Assembly: GCA_964187785.1 (NCBI GenBank)
Contig: OZ076409.1
Span: 21,392,001 to 21,456,000 of the forward strand
Length of the DNA: 64,000 bases
Reading direction: 5' to 3'
Source: Amphiscolops sp. MND2022
Lineage: Eukaryota
Shown here piece after piece: positions 1 to 11,319 of the stretch (the first letter of the stretch is position 1; every line of letters starts with the position of its first letter). The notes below the pieces were generated by a model. The model saw only the letters and a program-made list of their open reading frames with translations, had not been told where the DNA came from and did not search any database. The position numbers and the translations under genes are program-made.

Positions 1-3000
1 GCAATATCAGAATTTGTATTCGCTGAGTAAACCGAACAGTCATCGGCGTATTGGATAATTCTGCATTCGTCCGAGATGTGTTTTGTAATATCGTTAATGT
101 AGGTGTTAAAAAGTAATGGGCCAAGTACTGTTCCTTGCGGTACACCTTGAACGGTTTCGATGAAATCAGATACCGTATTATTGATAACAACTTGTTGACG
201 TCTGTGTGATAAAATGCTTAAATTTAGTGTCAGAGCATTGTCAATTCAGGCGAATAATTTCAATTTATTCATCAAAATTTGATGGGATACATAATCGAAT
301 GCTTTCGAAAGATTTATACATTCTCAATGAATAGAATCGTTATTGTCCACATGTTTAAGGATCGATTCGGTGAAATAAATGAGAGCATTTTGCGTTGATA
401 TCTTCTGGCGGAAGCCAAATTGGAAAGGAGACAGAAGTTTATCAGATGATAGGTATTGATTATTTTGTTTATGCAAAAATTTTTAAGTATTCTCGACAAA
501 CTGCTCGTTTTTGTAATGGGTCTGTAGTTCAAAGGGTTTATTGGATCATCTTTTTTATATAGAAGTGTAATGAGACCTTTTTTTAAAATTGAGGGAAATT
601 ATTGTGTTATATTATATTTGAATCTGTTATTCGATATTCAAGCGCATATTTTTGCTCAGCAGTATATAAAAAAGAAACAACTCATTTAGTACAGTAGGCG
701 TAATTATAAAATGAAATTAAAATTAGTAGCACTTTTGAACTTTTGCAAAAAATGGAAGCCATGCCAAAATTGGTTTTTTAATGTGGACATTGTTTGTAGA
801 GTAGTAACATGTGTTCCTTTGTAAATTTCTTCCATTTTCTTGCTTGTATTTGATTGTTCTAATTTCAGAGGGTAAGGAATTCGAACTTCTCAAACAGGTA
901 TAAAAGAATGTTCCTTGAAGAATCTTACTTGAACCAGGCTCTTTCAATATAGTTTTTTTGTTTCGATCATTCACTCGAAAACTCACTGTTGAGAGTTTCA
1001 AGTGATTCTGAAAAACTGAACCTACGTTTTTGAGAATTGAAATTAATAAATTAATAAGTCAAATGATTTTAAGTCAATTCTTTAATTCATAGCTAATACT
1101 TCTTCAGATATTCTCGAAGAGGTTGAGTATTTGTTTCTAGATCTGTAGAATACGGTTTGAAGAGTCCAATTCAGTTGTTTCTTAAAAGAAAGTAAAAGAG
1201 CAATACTGATGTCCGTTAAAAGAAGGTTACATTACTCAAAATGACTTTGAACAAGAGCATGAAGCTGCACTTTTAAACATTTTTTGGGTAGGTTGTTGCG
1301 AAGTGTTTGGATTGCTTTTATGCCAGGGGCCATTTTTTGAAGTAAACTTTGAACTTGAGTTTCGAAAGTTAGTTTGTTGTAGATGATAAAGCCTAAATAC
1401 TTCACTTCATTCTTAAGTTTTGTATTGGAACCGGCGACTTTAAGTTGATTATTGGATACGGTCATTTTTGGTGTTGTGAAACGTATCAGCTCTGTTTTAG
1501 ATGCATTCAGAGTTACCTGATTCGACCGAAAATATTTTTCTATGTTTTTGACACTGATTTGTAAATTCTCAAATGCAATATCAGAATTTGTATTCGCTGA
1601 GTAAACCGAACAGTCATTGGCGTATTGGATAATTCTGCATTCGTCCGAGATGTGTTTTGTAATATCGTTAATGTAGGTGTTAAAAAGTAATGGGCCAAGT
1701 ACTGTTCCTTGCGGTACACCTTGAACGGTTTCGATGAAACCAGATACCGTATTATTGATAACAACTTGTTGACGTCTGTGTGATAAAATGCTTAATTTTG
1801 GGGTCAGAGCATTGTCAATTAAGGCGATTAATTTCAATTTATTCATCAAAATTTGATGGGATACATAATCGAATGCTTTCGAAAGATTTATACATTCTCA
1901 ATGAATAGAATCGTTATTGTCCACATGTTTAAGGATCGATTCGGTGAAATAAATGAGAGCATTTTGCGTTGATATCTTCTGGCGGAAGCCAAATTGGAAA
2001 GGAGACAGAAGTTTATCAGATGATAGGTATTGATTATTTTGTTTATGCAAAAATTTTTAAGTATTCTCGACAAACTGCTCGTTTTTGTAATGGGTCTGTA
2101 GTTCAAAGGGTTTATTGGATCATCTTTTTTATATAGAAGTGTAATGAGACCTTTTTTTAAAATTGAGGGAAATTATTGTGTTATATTATATTTGAATCTG
2201 TTATTCGATATTCAAGCGCATATTTTTTCTCAGCAGTATATAAAAAAGAAACAACTCATTTAGTACAGTAGGCGTAATTATAAAATGAAATTAAAATTAG
2301 TAGCACTTTTGAACTTTTGCAAAAAATGGAAGCCATGCCAAAATTTGTTTTTTAATGTGGACATTGTTTGTAGAGTAGTAACATGTGTTCCTTTGTAAAT
2401 TTCTTCCATTTTCTTGCTTGTATTTGATTGTTCTAATTTCAGAGGGTAAGGAATTCGAACTTCTCAAACAGGTATAAAAGAATGTTCCTTGAAGAATCTT
2501 ACTTGAACCAGGCTCTTTCAATATAGTTTTTTTGTTTCGATCATTCACTCGAAAACTCACTGTTGAGAGTTTCAAGTGATTCTGAAAAACTGAACCTACG
2601 TTTTTGAGAATTGAAATTAATAAATTAATAAGTCAAATGATTTTAAGTCAATTCTTTAATTCATAGCTAATACTTCTTCAGATATTCTCGAAGAGGTTGA
2701 GTATTTGTTTCTAGATCTGTAGAATACGGTTTGAAGAGTCCAATTCAGTTGTTTCTTAAAAGAAAGTAAAAGAGCAATACTGATGTCCGTTAAAAGAAGG
2801 TTACATTACTCAAAATGACTTTGAACAAGAGCATGAAGCTGCACTTTTAAACATTTTTTGGGTAGGTTGTTGCGAAGTGTTTGGATTGCTTTTATGCCAG
2901 GGGCCATTTTTTGAAGTAAACTTTGAACTTGAGTTTCGAAAGTTAGTTTGTTGTAGATGATAAAGCCTAAATACTTCACTTCATTCTTAAGTTTTGTATT

Positions 3001-5322
3001 GGAACCGGCGACTTTAAGTTGATTATTGGATACGGTCATTTTTGGTGTTGTGAAACGTATCAGCTCTGTTTTAGATGCATTCAGAGTTACCTGATTCGAC
3101 CGAAAATATTTTTCTATGTTTTTGACACTGATTTGTAAATTCTCAAATGCAATATCAGAATTTGTATTCGCTGAGTAAACCGAACAGTCATTGGCGTATT
3201 GGATAATTCTGCATTCGTCCGAGATGTGTTTTGTAATATCGTTAATGTAGGTGTTAAAAAGTAATGGGCCAAGTACTGTTCCTTGCGGTACACCTTGAAC
3301 GGTTTCGATGAAACCAGATACCGTATTATTGATAACAACTTGTTGACGTCTGTGTGATAAAATGCTTAATTTTGGGGTCAGAGCATTGTCAATTAAGGCG
3401 ATTAATTTCAATTTATTCATCAAAATTTGATGGGATACAGAATCGAATGCTTTCGAAAGATTTATACATTCTCAATGAATAGAATCGTTATTGTCCACAT
3501 GTTTAAGGATCGATTCGGTGAAATAAATGAGAGCATTTTGTGTTGATATCTTCTGGCGGAAGCCAAATTGGAAAGGAGACAGAAGTTTATCAGATGATAG
3601 GTATTGATCGTTTTGTTTATGCAGAAATTTTTAAATATTCTCGACAAACTGCTCGTTTTTGTAATGGGTCTGTAGTTCAAAGGGTTTAATGGATCATCTT
3701 TCTTATATAGAGGTGTAATGAGACCTTTTTTTATATTGAGGGAAAATTTTGTGTTTTATCATACCTAAATCTGTTATTCGATATTCAAGCGCATATTTTT
3801 GCTCAGCAGTATATGAAAAAGAAACAACTCATTTAGTACAGTAGGCGTAATTATAAAATGAAATTAAAATTAGTAGCACTTTTGAACTTTTGCAGAAGAT
3901 GAAAGCCATGCCAAAATTGGTTTTTATAATGTGGACATTGTTTGTAAAGTAGTAACATGTGTTCGTTGATAAATTTCTTCCATTGTTCTTGCTTGTTTTT
4001 GATTGTTCTAAATTCAGAGGGTAAGGAATTCGAACTTCTCAAACAGGTATAGAAGAATGTTCCATGAAGAAACTTACTTGAACCGGGCTCTTTCAATATA
4101 ATTTTTTTGTTTCGATCATTCATTCGAAAACTCACTGTTGAGAGTTTAAGGTGATTCTGAAAAGCTGAACTTCCGTTTTTGAGAATCGAAATTAATAAGT
4201 CAAATGATTTTGAGTCAATTCTTTAATTCATACCTAATACTACTTCAGATTTACTCGAGGAGGTTGAGTATTTGTTTCTAGATCTGTAGAAAACTGTTTG
4301 AAGAGTCCAATTCAGTTGTTTCTCAAAAGAAAGTAAAAGAGCAATACTGATGTCCGTTGAAAGAAGGTTACAATATTTAAAATGACTTTGAACAAGAGCA
4401 TGAAGCAGCACTTTTAAACATTTTTTGGGTAGGTTGTTGCAAATTGTTCGGATTGTTTCTATGCCAATGGCCATTTTTCAAAGTAAACATTGAACTTGAG
4501 TTTCGAAAGTTAGTTTGTTGTAGATGATAAAGCCTAAATACTTTACTTCATTCTTAAGTTTTGTATTGGAACCGGTGACTTTAAGTTGATTATTGGATAC
4601 GGTCATTTTTGGTGTTGTGAAACGTATCAGCTCTGTTTTAGATGCATTCAGAGTTACCTGATTCGACCGAAAAAACTTTTCTATGTTTTTGACACTGATT
4701 TGTAAATTCTCAAATGCAATATCAGATTTTGGATTCGCTGAGTATACCGAACAGTGATCGGCGTATTGGAAATTCTGCATTCTTCCGAGATGTGTTTTGT
4801 AATATCGTTATTGTAGGTGTTAAAAAGTAATGGGCCAAGTACTGTTCCTTTCGGTACACCTTGGAACGTTTCGATAAAGTCAGATACCGTATTATTGATA
4901 ACAACTTGTTCACGTCTGTGTGATAAAAAGCTAAAATTTAGTGTCAGAGCATTGTCATTGAAGCCGATTAATTTCAATCTATCCATCAAATTTTGATGGG
5001 ATACGGAATCGAAAGCTTTCGAAAGATCTATACATACTGAATAAATAGAATCGTTATTGTCCACATGTTTAAGGATCGATTCGGTTAAATAATTGAGAGC
5101 ATCTTGTGTTGATACTTCCTGGCGGCAGCCAAATTGGAAAAGGAGACAAAAGTTTATCAGATGATAGGTATTGATTATTTTGTTTATGCAAAAACTTTTC
5201 AAGTTTTCTCGACGAACTGCTCGTTTTTGTAATGGGTCTGTAGTTCAAAGGGTTTAGTGGATCATGTTTTTATAAAGAGGTGTAATGAGACCTTTCTTCA
5301 AATTGAGGGAAGTTTTTGTGTT
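1..5322 (-). repeat. Tandem array (period ~1574 bp; 3 full units plus a partial unit running off the window) of the 3' half of a CR1/L2-type LINE (RT + 3' UTR)
   Basis: Near-identical ORFs recur at 314/1888/3462, 723/2297 and 1232/2806. Unit junctions lie after about 608, 2182 and 3755. RT motifs: GVPQGTVLGPLLF, QYA(D/N)D, KYLG. Confidence 0.95.
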
Positions 5323-6910
5323 CAAATGTTTTCATTTATAACCACTGTGGTGAGATGTGGTTCAATTTCAGTCATTCCATCTTTAAAAACCCAAGCTTGT
5401 ATCAATCATGGTCCTAGAAGTTTTTTGATTTTCAAAGTTTTTACGGCATCGAACACTTCTTTGATGTTGGCTGGTCGGAAACTAAACAATTTTGGTGTAG
5501 TTTCGCTTTCGATGAGTTTTGTTAATTTTTTCCCGTAGTAATCAAAGGTATACTCCTAGTTGTGAGAAAAGTATAGTTCAGTAGGTTGGCAACCTTTTTG
5601 TGTTTGGTGATTAACTCTCCGAGAGAATTCATTAAAGCCAATATTCGCGATTTTTCACTTCTTGGATTGCGCAGGTTGTTGATAAAATTCCATGTTTTTC
5701 TGAATTTTTTGAAAGTTTCCTATGAGTTCAAGCTGTAATCAGATTGCTTATTAGTTATTAGTTCCAAAAAGCTGCTCTCAATTTTTTGTAATTTTCCCAA
5801 GTTATAGGAGAAGTTTGGCGTTGGTAACGTTTTAGAGCTATTGTTCTTTTTTGTACCAGGCATTGACATTCATCGTAGAACCATTCTGATTTAAAGTGTT
5901 TTAAGGGTTTTTAATTACGAATAAAGACTTTTTTAAGGAGCGTTTTATCAACAACCTGCTTCAAAGCCCCAGTTAATAGCGAAATGAAAATGTACAACAA
6001 AGAATCAGCATTAAATTGATTATACATTATGCCCCAATCCAGAGATCTTAAAGTTGTGCGTAATACATCCCTATTGACCCTGGATTTATCGAAAACCATT
6101 TTTTCAATGCCTTTTCTAACACTCATCTTTTCACTACTGAAAAGTATATCCACGAATAAAAAGTGTAAATATCACGAATTATTATGATATTCGTTAATCA
6201 ATAGATTATTGAAATTTCGAATTCGTTCATTGACAGTGTCATAATTTTTTACTGGTGGAATTTTTTAAATGAAAACATTCTGCGGCCTAAATTTCGAAGA
6301 TAAACTCTCAACTTACCATTTCTGTTTTTCGAAATGAATTTCCAACTTGATTCTTCTCTGCTTTAGCAGGCTATTCGTTCCATCCTGGAGAGTTATCGTC
6401 CGTAGTTGTTTGTTTTCGTATGAGTCCAGTATTCCTGCCTTTTCATCAGTCGTTGACCCAGGATAAGCATGGATAGCCACATCACGAAAAAGGTCGTTTT
6501 GGTTTTTTCTACTGATGATGCTCGATCCAATAATAAGGTTTTCGATTTCTGGATTCAGCAAGTGAGGTCGAAATGAACGAATTTGTATTGGTTGTTTATG
6601 ATTGTCTTCGATTTCTTTCACATTGTTCGAAATAGTCACTTTGTTGGTTTCTTGATTGCCTAATATGCCATTCATGTTTTTCTCATGGGTCTCCAGCCTC
6701 ATTGAACCATTTTTAAGTAAATTATTGAGTTTGACGTTTCGTTGGTCAACTTTTTCGGATAGGTTGAATTTCTCTTCCGAAAATGAAAGACCATTAATAA
6801 TTGTTAGATTGTCAGCTAAAAATGGTAATGGAGTGAAATAAGAAAGCAATTTTAAGAACCGAGTGTATTCAACTCAAATCAACTTTCGGAGTTATGGCTA
6901 GTAGACATGT
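3756..6910 (-). mobile_element. Degenerate CR1/L2-like LINE (parent of the array): esterase-like ORF1 plus frameshifted RT, APE domain mostly deleted
   Basis: ORF fragments contain YRPIT, DLSKAFDSV, GVPKGTVLGP, YADH and KYLG. ORF1 fragment lies at 6313-6849. Confidence 0.85.
6313..6849 (-). pseudogene. LINE ORF1 fragment: coiled coil plus SGNH/esterase-like domain
   Basis: LIIGSSIIS...AYPGSTT...LQDGTNSL resembles SGNH blocks I-III seen in CR1/L2 ORF1 proteins. It lies upstream of the RT on the same strand. Confidence 0.65.
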
Positions 6911-7550
6911 AGAAAGCATAGAGAAAACGACCAACAACTAACTCGTATCAGACGCTATTACAATCGACCGCAGAAAGAAATTGGAGAATGTAGAGTTGCC
7001 ATGAAAAAAGCCAATCCCAACGAACAGTACTATATGTAAAGGATTTCTTCGAATGTTTCTCCAATAGAATATCCGTTGCGTCAAAAAACTGCCAGCTCAT
7101 TGATCGTCGTGCTTATATGGCCACCTGTTGAAAAATGTATCATGGTAACAAGGTGATGATATCGAGGTCACTACAATCTAGCCTTCGAGAATTTTCGAGA
7201 TTTTCTCGCGTCAGATAATCAAAACGAAGATCATGGAATCCAACAACATGAACAATTTGTATGCCCCATCAAGACCAGGAGTTCATGGAAGAAAAACTCA
7301 TGAGACACCAGTATTTTATTTATAGTACCGTGGAAACGAATCAGATCAAATTGCGAATTTTGCGAGTACAATATGACTGAATTTACAACTAGAAAATTGA
7401 GACGTGTCCGACCATCACTCAAATAACCTGTTCATTAAATGCTTGCTAGTCGAGTGGTCTATTAAATTGACTTTCCAGGCTGTAACGCCTGCTATGTCGG
7501 ACAAACTGTGCGGCATTTGACCACACGGCTTGCTGGGCATGCGAGAAATC

Positions 7551-8131
7551 GGAATTAGTTCCAGTCTGTGGAATACAAGTTTGTAAAATTCTACAAACTG
7601 GTCCTAGGTGCTCCAGTTTGTAGAATTTTTTCTACAAACTGGATCCTCAAATTCTACAAACTGGACATCCTTCACACAAGATCCTGAGAGCACCACCGCC
7701 TAAAATCTAATGGAAAAAGACCTAAAAACTGGATTGTGGGCTATATCCGGTGTATGCACGCTCACCCTCACTGTCGCAAAGACACGCACCCACTATGATC
7801 GCTTCGCGATCTCCGTTCCCGCTAGGTCGTTGCTACCCTTCGACCTCGCTCAGCTAGATAGGAACAAAAGCGGCCCCAAGGAGCCGCGGGACACTAGAGG
7901 AAGTGGAGCATATCCGAGGGCCAAAAACATTATTGTTTGAAAACGCTAGGTATTTGAAAACATTGATTCGATCTCATTTTCTTTGACCATTTTATTTCGA
8001 TCTCAGTGACAGATTGCATATTCCCGCAAATTGATTCGATCTAAAGATGCACCGCCACTAGATATATGGAATTGCCGATTGGGAATTATATTGCCTGAAT
8101 TCCCTCCAATCCAATCGACAGAACAATTGAT
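7551..8131. mobile_element. Non-autonomous insertion with core A: left arm of TCTACAAACTGG repeats, right arm of TTGATTCGATCT type
   Basis: It interrupts the GIY-YIG coding region. 7753-8131 is highly similar to 8708-9081. Confidence 0.7.
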
Positions 8132-8385
8132 AAATTGTGGTTGACAAATCCCGAGATATCCAAAAATGCTCACACTTCAGGGCCTAAATATAAACCAGAA
8201 GTGCCGGGGGCCTAATCAAAGGGATGAACACCGTCAACGCCTTCTCACGATCAACGTATAGCCTTGTAATTTTGCTACAGTGCCAACACTGTCTTACACA
8301 TTCCATCGCGCACATATACTTTTGATAACATTTTTTTATTGGCAATATAAAATTGTTAAAATTCCATTTGTTTCATTCTATATAT

Positions 8386-8439
8386 TTTTCAGTTGCTGAA
8401 GATGAGTTTATACTCAAAACGCATTCAATAGTTTGAAAA
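8386..8439 (+). ncRNA. Decayed minimal type I hammerhead ribozyme of the Penelope-like element
   Basis: TTG-CTGAAGA-TGAG-TTTATA-CTC(A)AAAC-GC-ATT-CAA. It matches CUGANGA/stem II/GAAA/palindromic stem III except for two G>A changes. Confidence 0.6.
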
Positions 8440-8525
8440 TTGATCTTGTTAATTTCATATTTCAGGTATCGCTCGGGTTAAAAAGACACAAAACAATTCT
8501 GTGAACAGTACAGATTTGAATTTGT

Positions 8526-9083
8526 GGGGTATTTTGAGTATTTTGTGATCGATAGTTCATGTGATCAAAAAGCGAGGTCGAAAAAGTATCAAAAGTTTTG
8601 AGATCGAATTGTTCCGTTTTTGCTATGTTTTTGCTCCTGCAGAGCGTTTAGAAGCGTTTAAAAGATTTTAGGTTCTTTTCCCAACTGAAACAGAGTCAAA
8701 AAACGTTTATGCACGCTCACCCTCACCATCGCGAAGAGTAGTTTCCACTACGACCGCTTAGCGATCTCCGCTAGGTCTTTGCTCCTGTTCGACCTCGCTC
8801 AGCTTGATAGGAACAAAAGCGGCCCCAAGGAGCCGCGGGACACTAGAGGAAATGGAGCATATCCGAGGGCCAAAAACATTATTGTTTGAAAACGCTAAGT
8901 ATTTGAAAACATTGATTCGATCTCATTTTCTTTGACCATTTTATTTCGATCTCAGTGAAAGATTGCATATTCCCGCAAATTGATTCGATCTAAATATGCA
9001 CCGCCACTAGATATATGGAATTGCCGATTGGGAATTATATTGCCTGAATTCCCTCCAATCAAATCGACAGAAAAATTGATACC
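8526..9083. mobile_element. Non-autonomous element with core A and GATC-type arms (ends approximate)
   Basis: Core lies at 8708-8869. GAGATCGAAT in the left arm is inverted relative to ATTCGATCTC in the right arm. No TSD found. Confidence 0.55.
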
Positions 9084-9084
9084 G

Positions 9085-11290
9085 AGATCTTTCAGCAAAC
9101 AAGCTACAAAAATGATTATTGAGATGTTCAACCACGAAGAAACTTCTATGCATTTTATCTTTAAATGCGCTGTTTACAAAAACTTGAGAAAAGGCACAAA
9201 AATCGGTTCAATTGAAAAACTAAGAAGAAGAACAAGCCATGATATGATTAACCTGGTGGATTTCAGTGGCTTTGAAGAAATTCTCTTGTCTTGAGGCGAT
9301 AACTTTCTCAAACACTTTACCTGTATTCGAGGTTAATGATATAGGTCTATATGATGCATTCTGGACGTTTCGTTGACAGACGTTTCGGCGAAAATTTGGC
9401 AGCGGACGTTTCGGCGACAAAAGTGTCGCCAAAACGTCTTTGTTGCCGAAACGTCCTCTAAAAAGCTAAAAACGTTCCTTCTGGAAGCGAAAATATTAGA
9501 ATGTGGGGCCTATGCTGAGTATGCACGCTCCCCCTCACCGTCGCAAAGACCAGCCTCCACTACGATCGCTTCGCGATCTCCATACCCGCTAGGTCCTTGC
9601 TCCTGCTCGACCTCGCTCAGCAAGATGGGAACATAAGCGGCCCCAAGGGGCCGCGGTACTAGAGGAAATGTGAAAATATCCGAGGCACGTTTTATATTTT
9701 TAAATGATATCTTTTGTATGATGTACACAAACCCAAGTCTCCTGATAATTTATGTTGTAAACTTCATATATATGTTTCCGCCAATCCAATGAAGAGACGT
9801 TTCGGCGACAGTTTTCCTCCCACCCTGTTAAGAGATGTTTCAGCGACACTTTGTCGCCGAAACGTCCTCCGCCATATGGTTGTCGAAACGTCTGTCGCAG
9901 AAACGTCTTATTCCCTATATGATCTTGGATTGGCGTAGTCTGATTTCCCGATCGTTTCGAGGAAGATAACATCGGCAGTATCCCATACCTAGTCACCTGC
10001 GGATAGGCATGATGAGTTGAAGAGAGTCCTGATCTACAGCTCTTACTCTCAGGTGTCTCAGCATGATTGGGTGGAAGCCACGATTATCAAACCTTTTGTC
10101 TGACGTTTCATATTTCTTGAAGAAGTGAAGTATCTCTCCTGTTGTTATTTCAGAGCTCAAAATGTTGTTACGTTCTTCATACAAAAAATGCTGCTGCCCT
10201 GTGTTATGCTCCTCGTCTGCTTCTAAGATCACGTTGCAAATTATATTAACGTGATCATAAAAAACATCATCAAAATCTGAGCTTTTTTTAATGAGGGGCC
10301 TTCCAGCAAAGAGGCTATTAAATAGAATATCCTCCATCTCATTTGGATATGTTGCAATGTTATCATCATTAGAGTGGAGCGGATCAACCTTGTTATACAA
10401 TTTACTTGCAAATGACCAATTAAACTCTCTCCAGATCTGCTTACATTGCGCAACATTGAGGTTTCGTGTTTTGTTGAGGATGAATTTCTGACACTCTGAT
10501 ATTCTTATGGTATCAAACTTCTCTTCAGCTAAATCCTTTGTTGCCTTTTTAGAGATGGTGTTGTTCTTCAGGTATGACTTCTTGGCAATCCTAAGTGCCT
10601 TTGATGCTTCTGTAAGTTCCTTTGTCCAGTATGGCTTGCAATGGGTTGAAAAATTTTTTACATTTTGAGAATTTCAGTGTGGCTTCATTGATAGTTCTGT
10701 CAATAATTTTCCATTGGTCCTGTGTTGAGCTATTGAAGAAGTCGATAGAAGCTTTTCCAGGGATGATTCTATGAATTCAGACCACCCTTTCCAGTCCATG
10801 CTGTCTAGATCGATCCTCAATTTGGGAGGTGGATTTTAAGTACCGGGGCAGGTTATCTTCATGGTTGTGCTTGTTGGTACATGTCCGCGGTTTGGAGCTC
10901 CGGAAAACCGTTCGACAACTGGATCTGTGAAGAAGTTACTAAACATTGGTTCTGTTTTATTAGAGCATATAAGAAAGTCAATGTTGCCATTCACATTGAA
11001 GGATAGAAATGTTGGGTCATCAGAGCTGATAATCGAGTATTCTCGGAAATCCAGTTTGTCGGCTAATTCCTCGCCGTATTGGTTGTCAATCTGATTACCC
11101 CACAGACGATTGCGAGCATTGTAGTCACCAGATACTATGATTACCTTTGCTTTGAATTGGCTAGCTTATTTCTTAGCTGTTTCTAAAATTTTGATGATTT
11201 CATTAACCGCTTCTTTGTGGTGAAGTTTAAGAAGGACTGATCCAACAACATACTTGAAACCTTTTCCACGAACGAGACCCAAGTTTTCTT
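9085..11290 (-). mobile_element. Degenerate APE-RT LINE fragment
   Basis: APE motif IIVSGDYNARNRLWG at about 11100-11142. RT N-terminal motif SYRPISLTSNTGKVFEKVI. Many stops and frameshifts. Confidence 0.8.
9356..9914. mobile_element. Mutator-like MITE with core A, GACGTTTCGGCGA subterminal repeats and a 9-bp TSD
   Basis: TSD CTATATGAT at 9347-9355 and 9915-9923. The arms carry inverted repeat arrays. It splits the PRSYRPISL motif of the host LINE. Confidence 0.85.
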
Positions 11291-11319
11291 TTTTACGATG
11301 ATTCAGTAATCAAATCTTA

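Larger units (their letters stand above)
6980..8465 (+). mobile_element. Penelope-like element remnant (RT thumb, GIY-YIG endonuclease, 3' region with hammerhead), interrupted at about 7551-8131
   Basis: About 7445-7547 reads (with a frameshift) ASRVVY..FPGCNACYVGQTVRHLTTRLAGH, a GIY-YIG motif. About 8132-8260 reads IVVDKSRDIQKMLTL..NQRDEHRQRLLTINV*, a typical PLE C-terminus. Confidence 0.8.
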
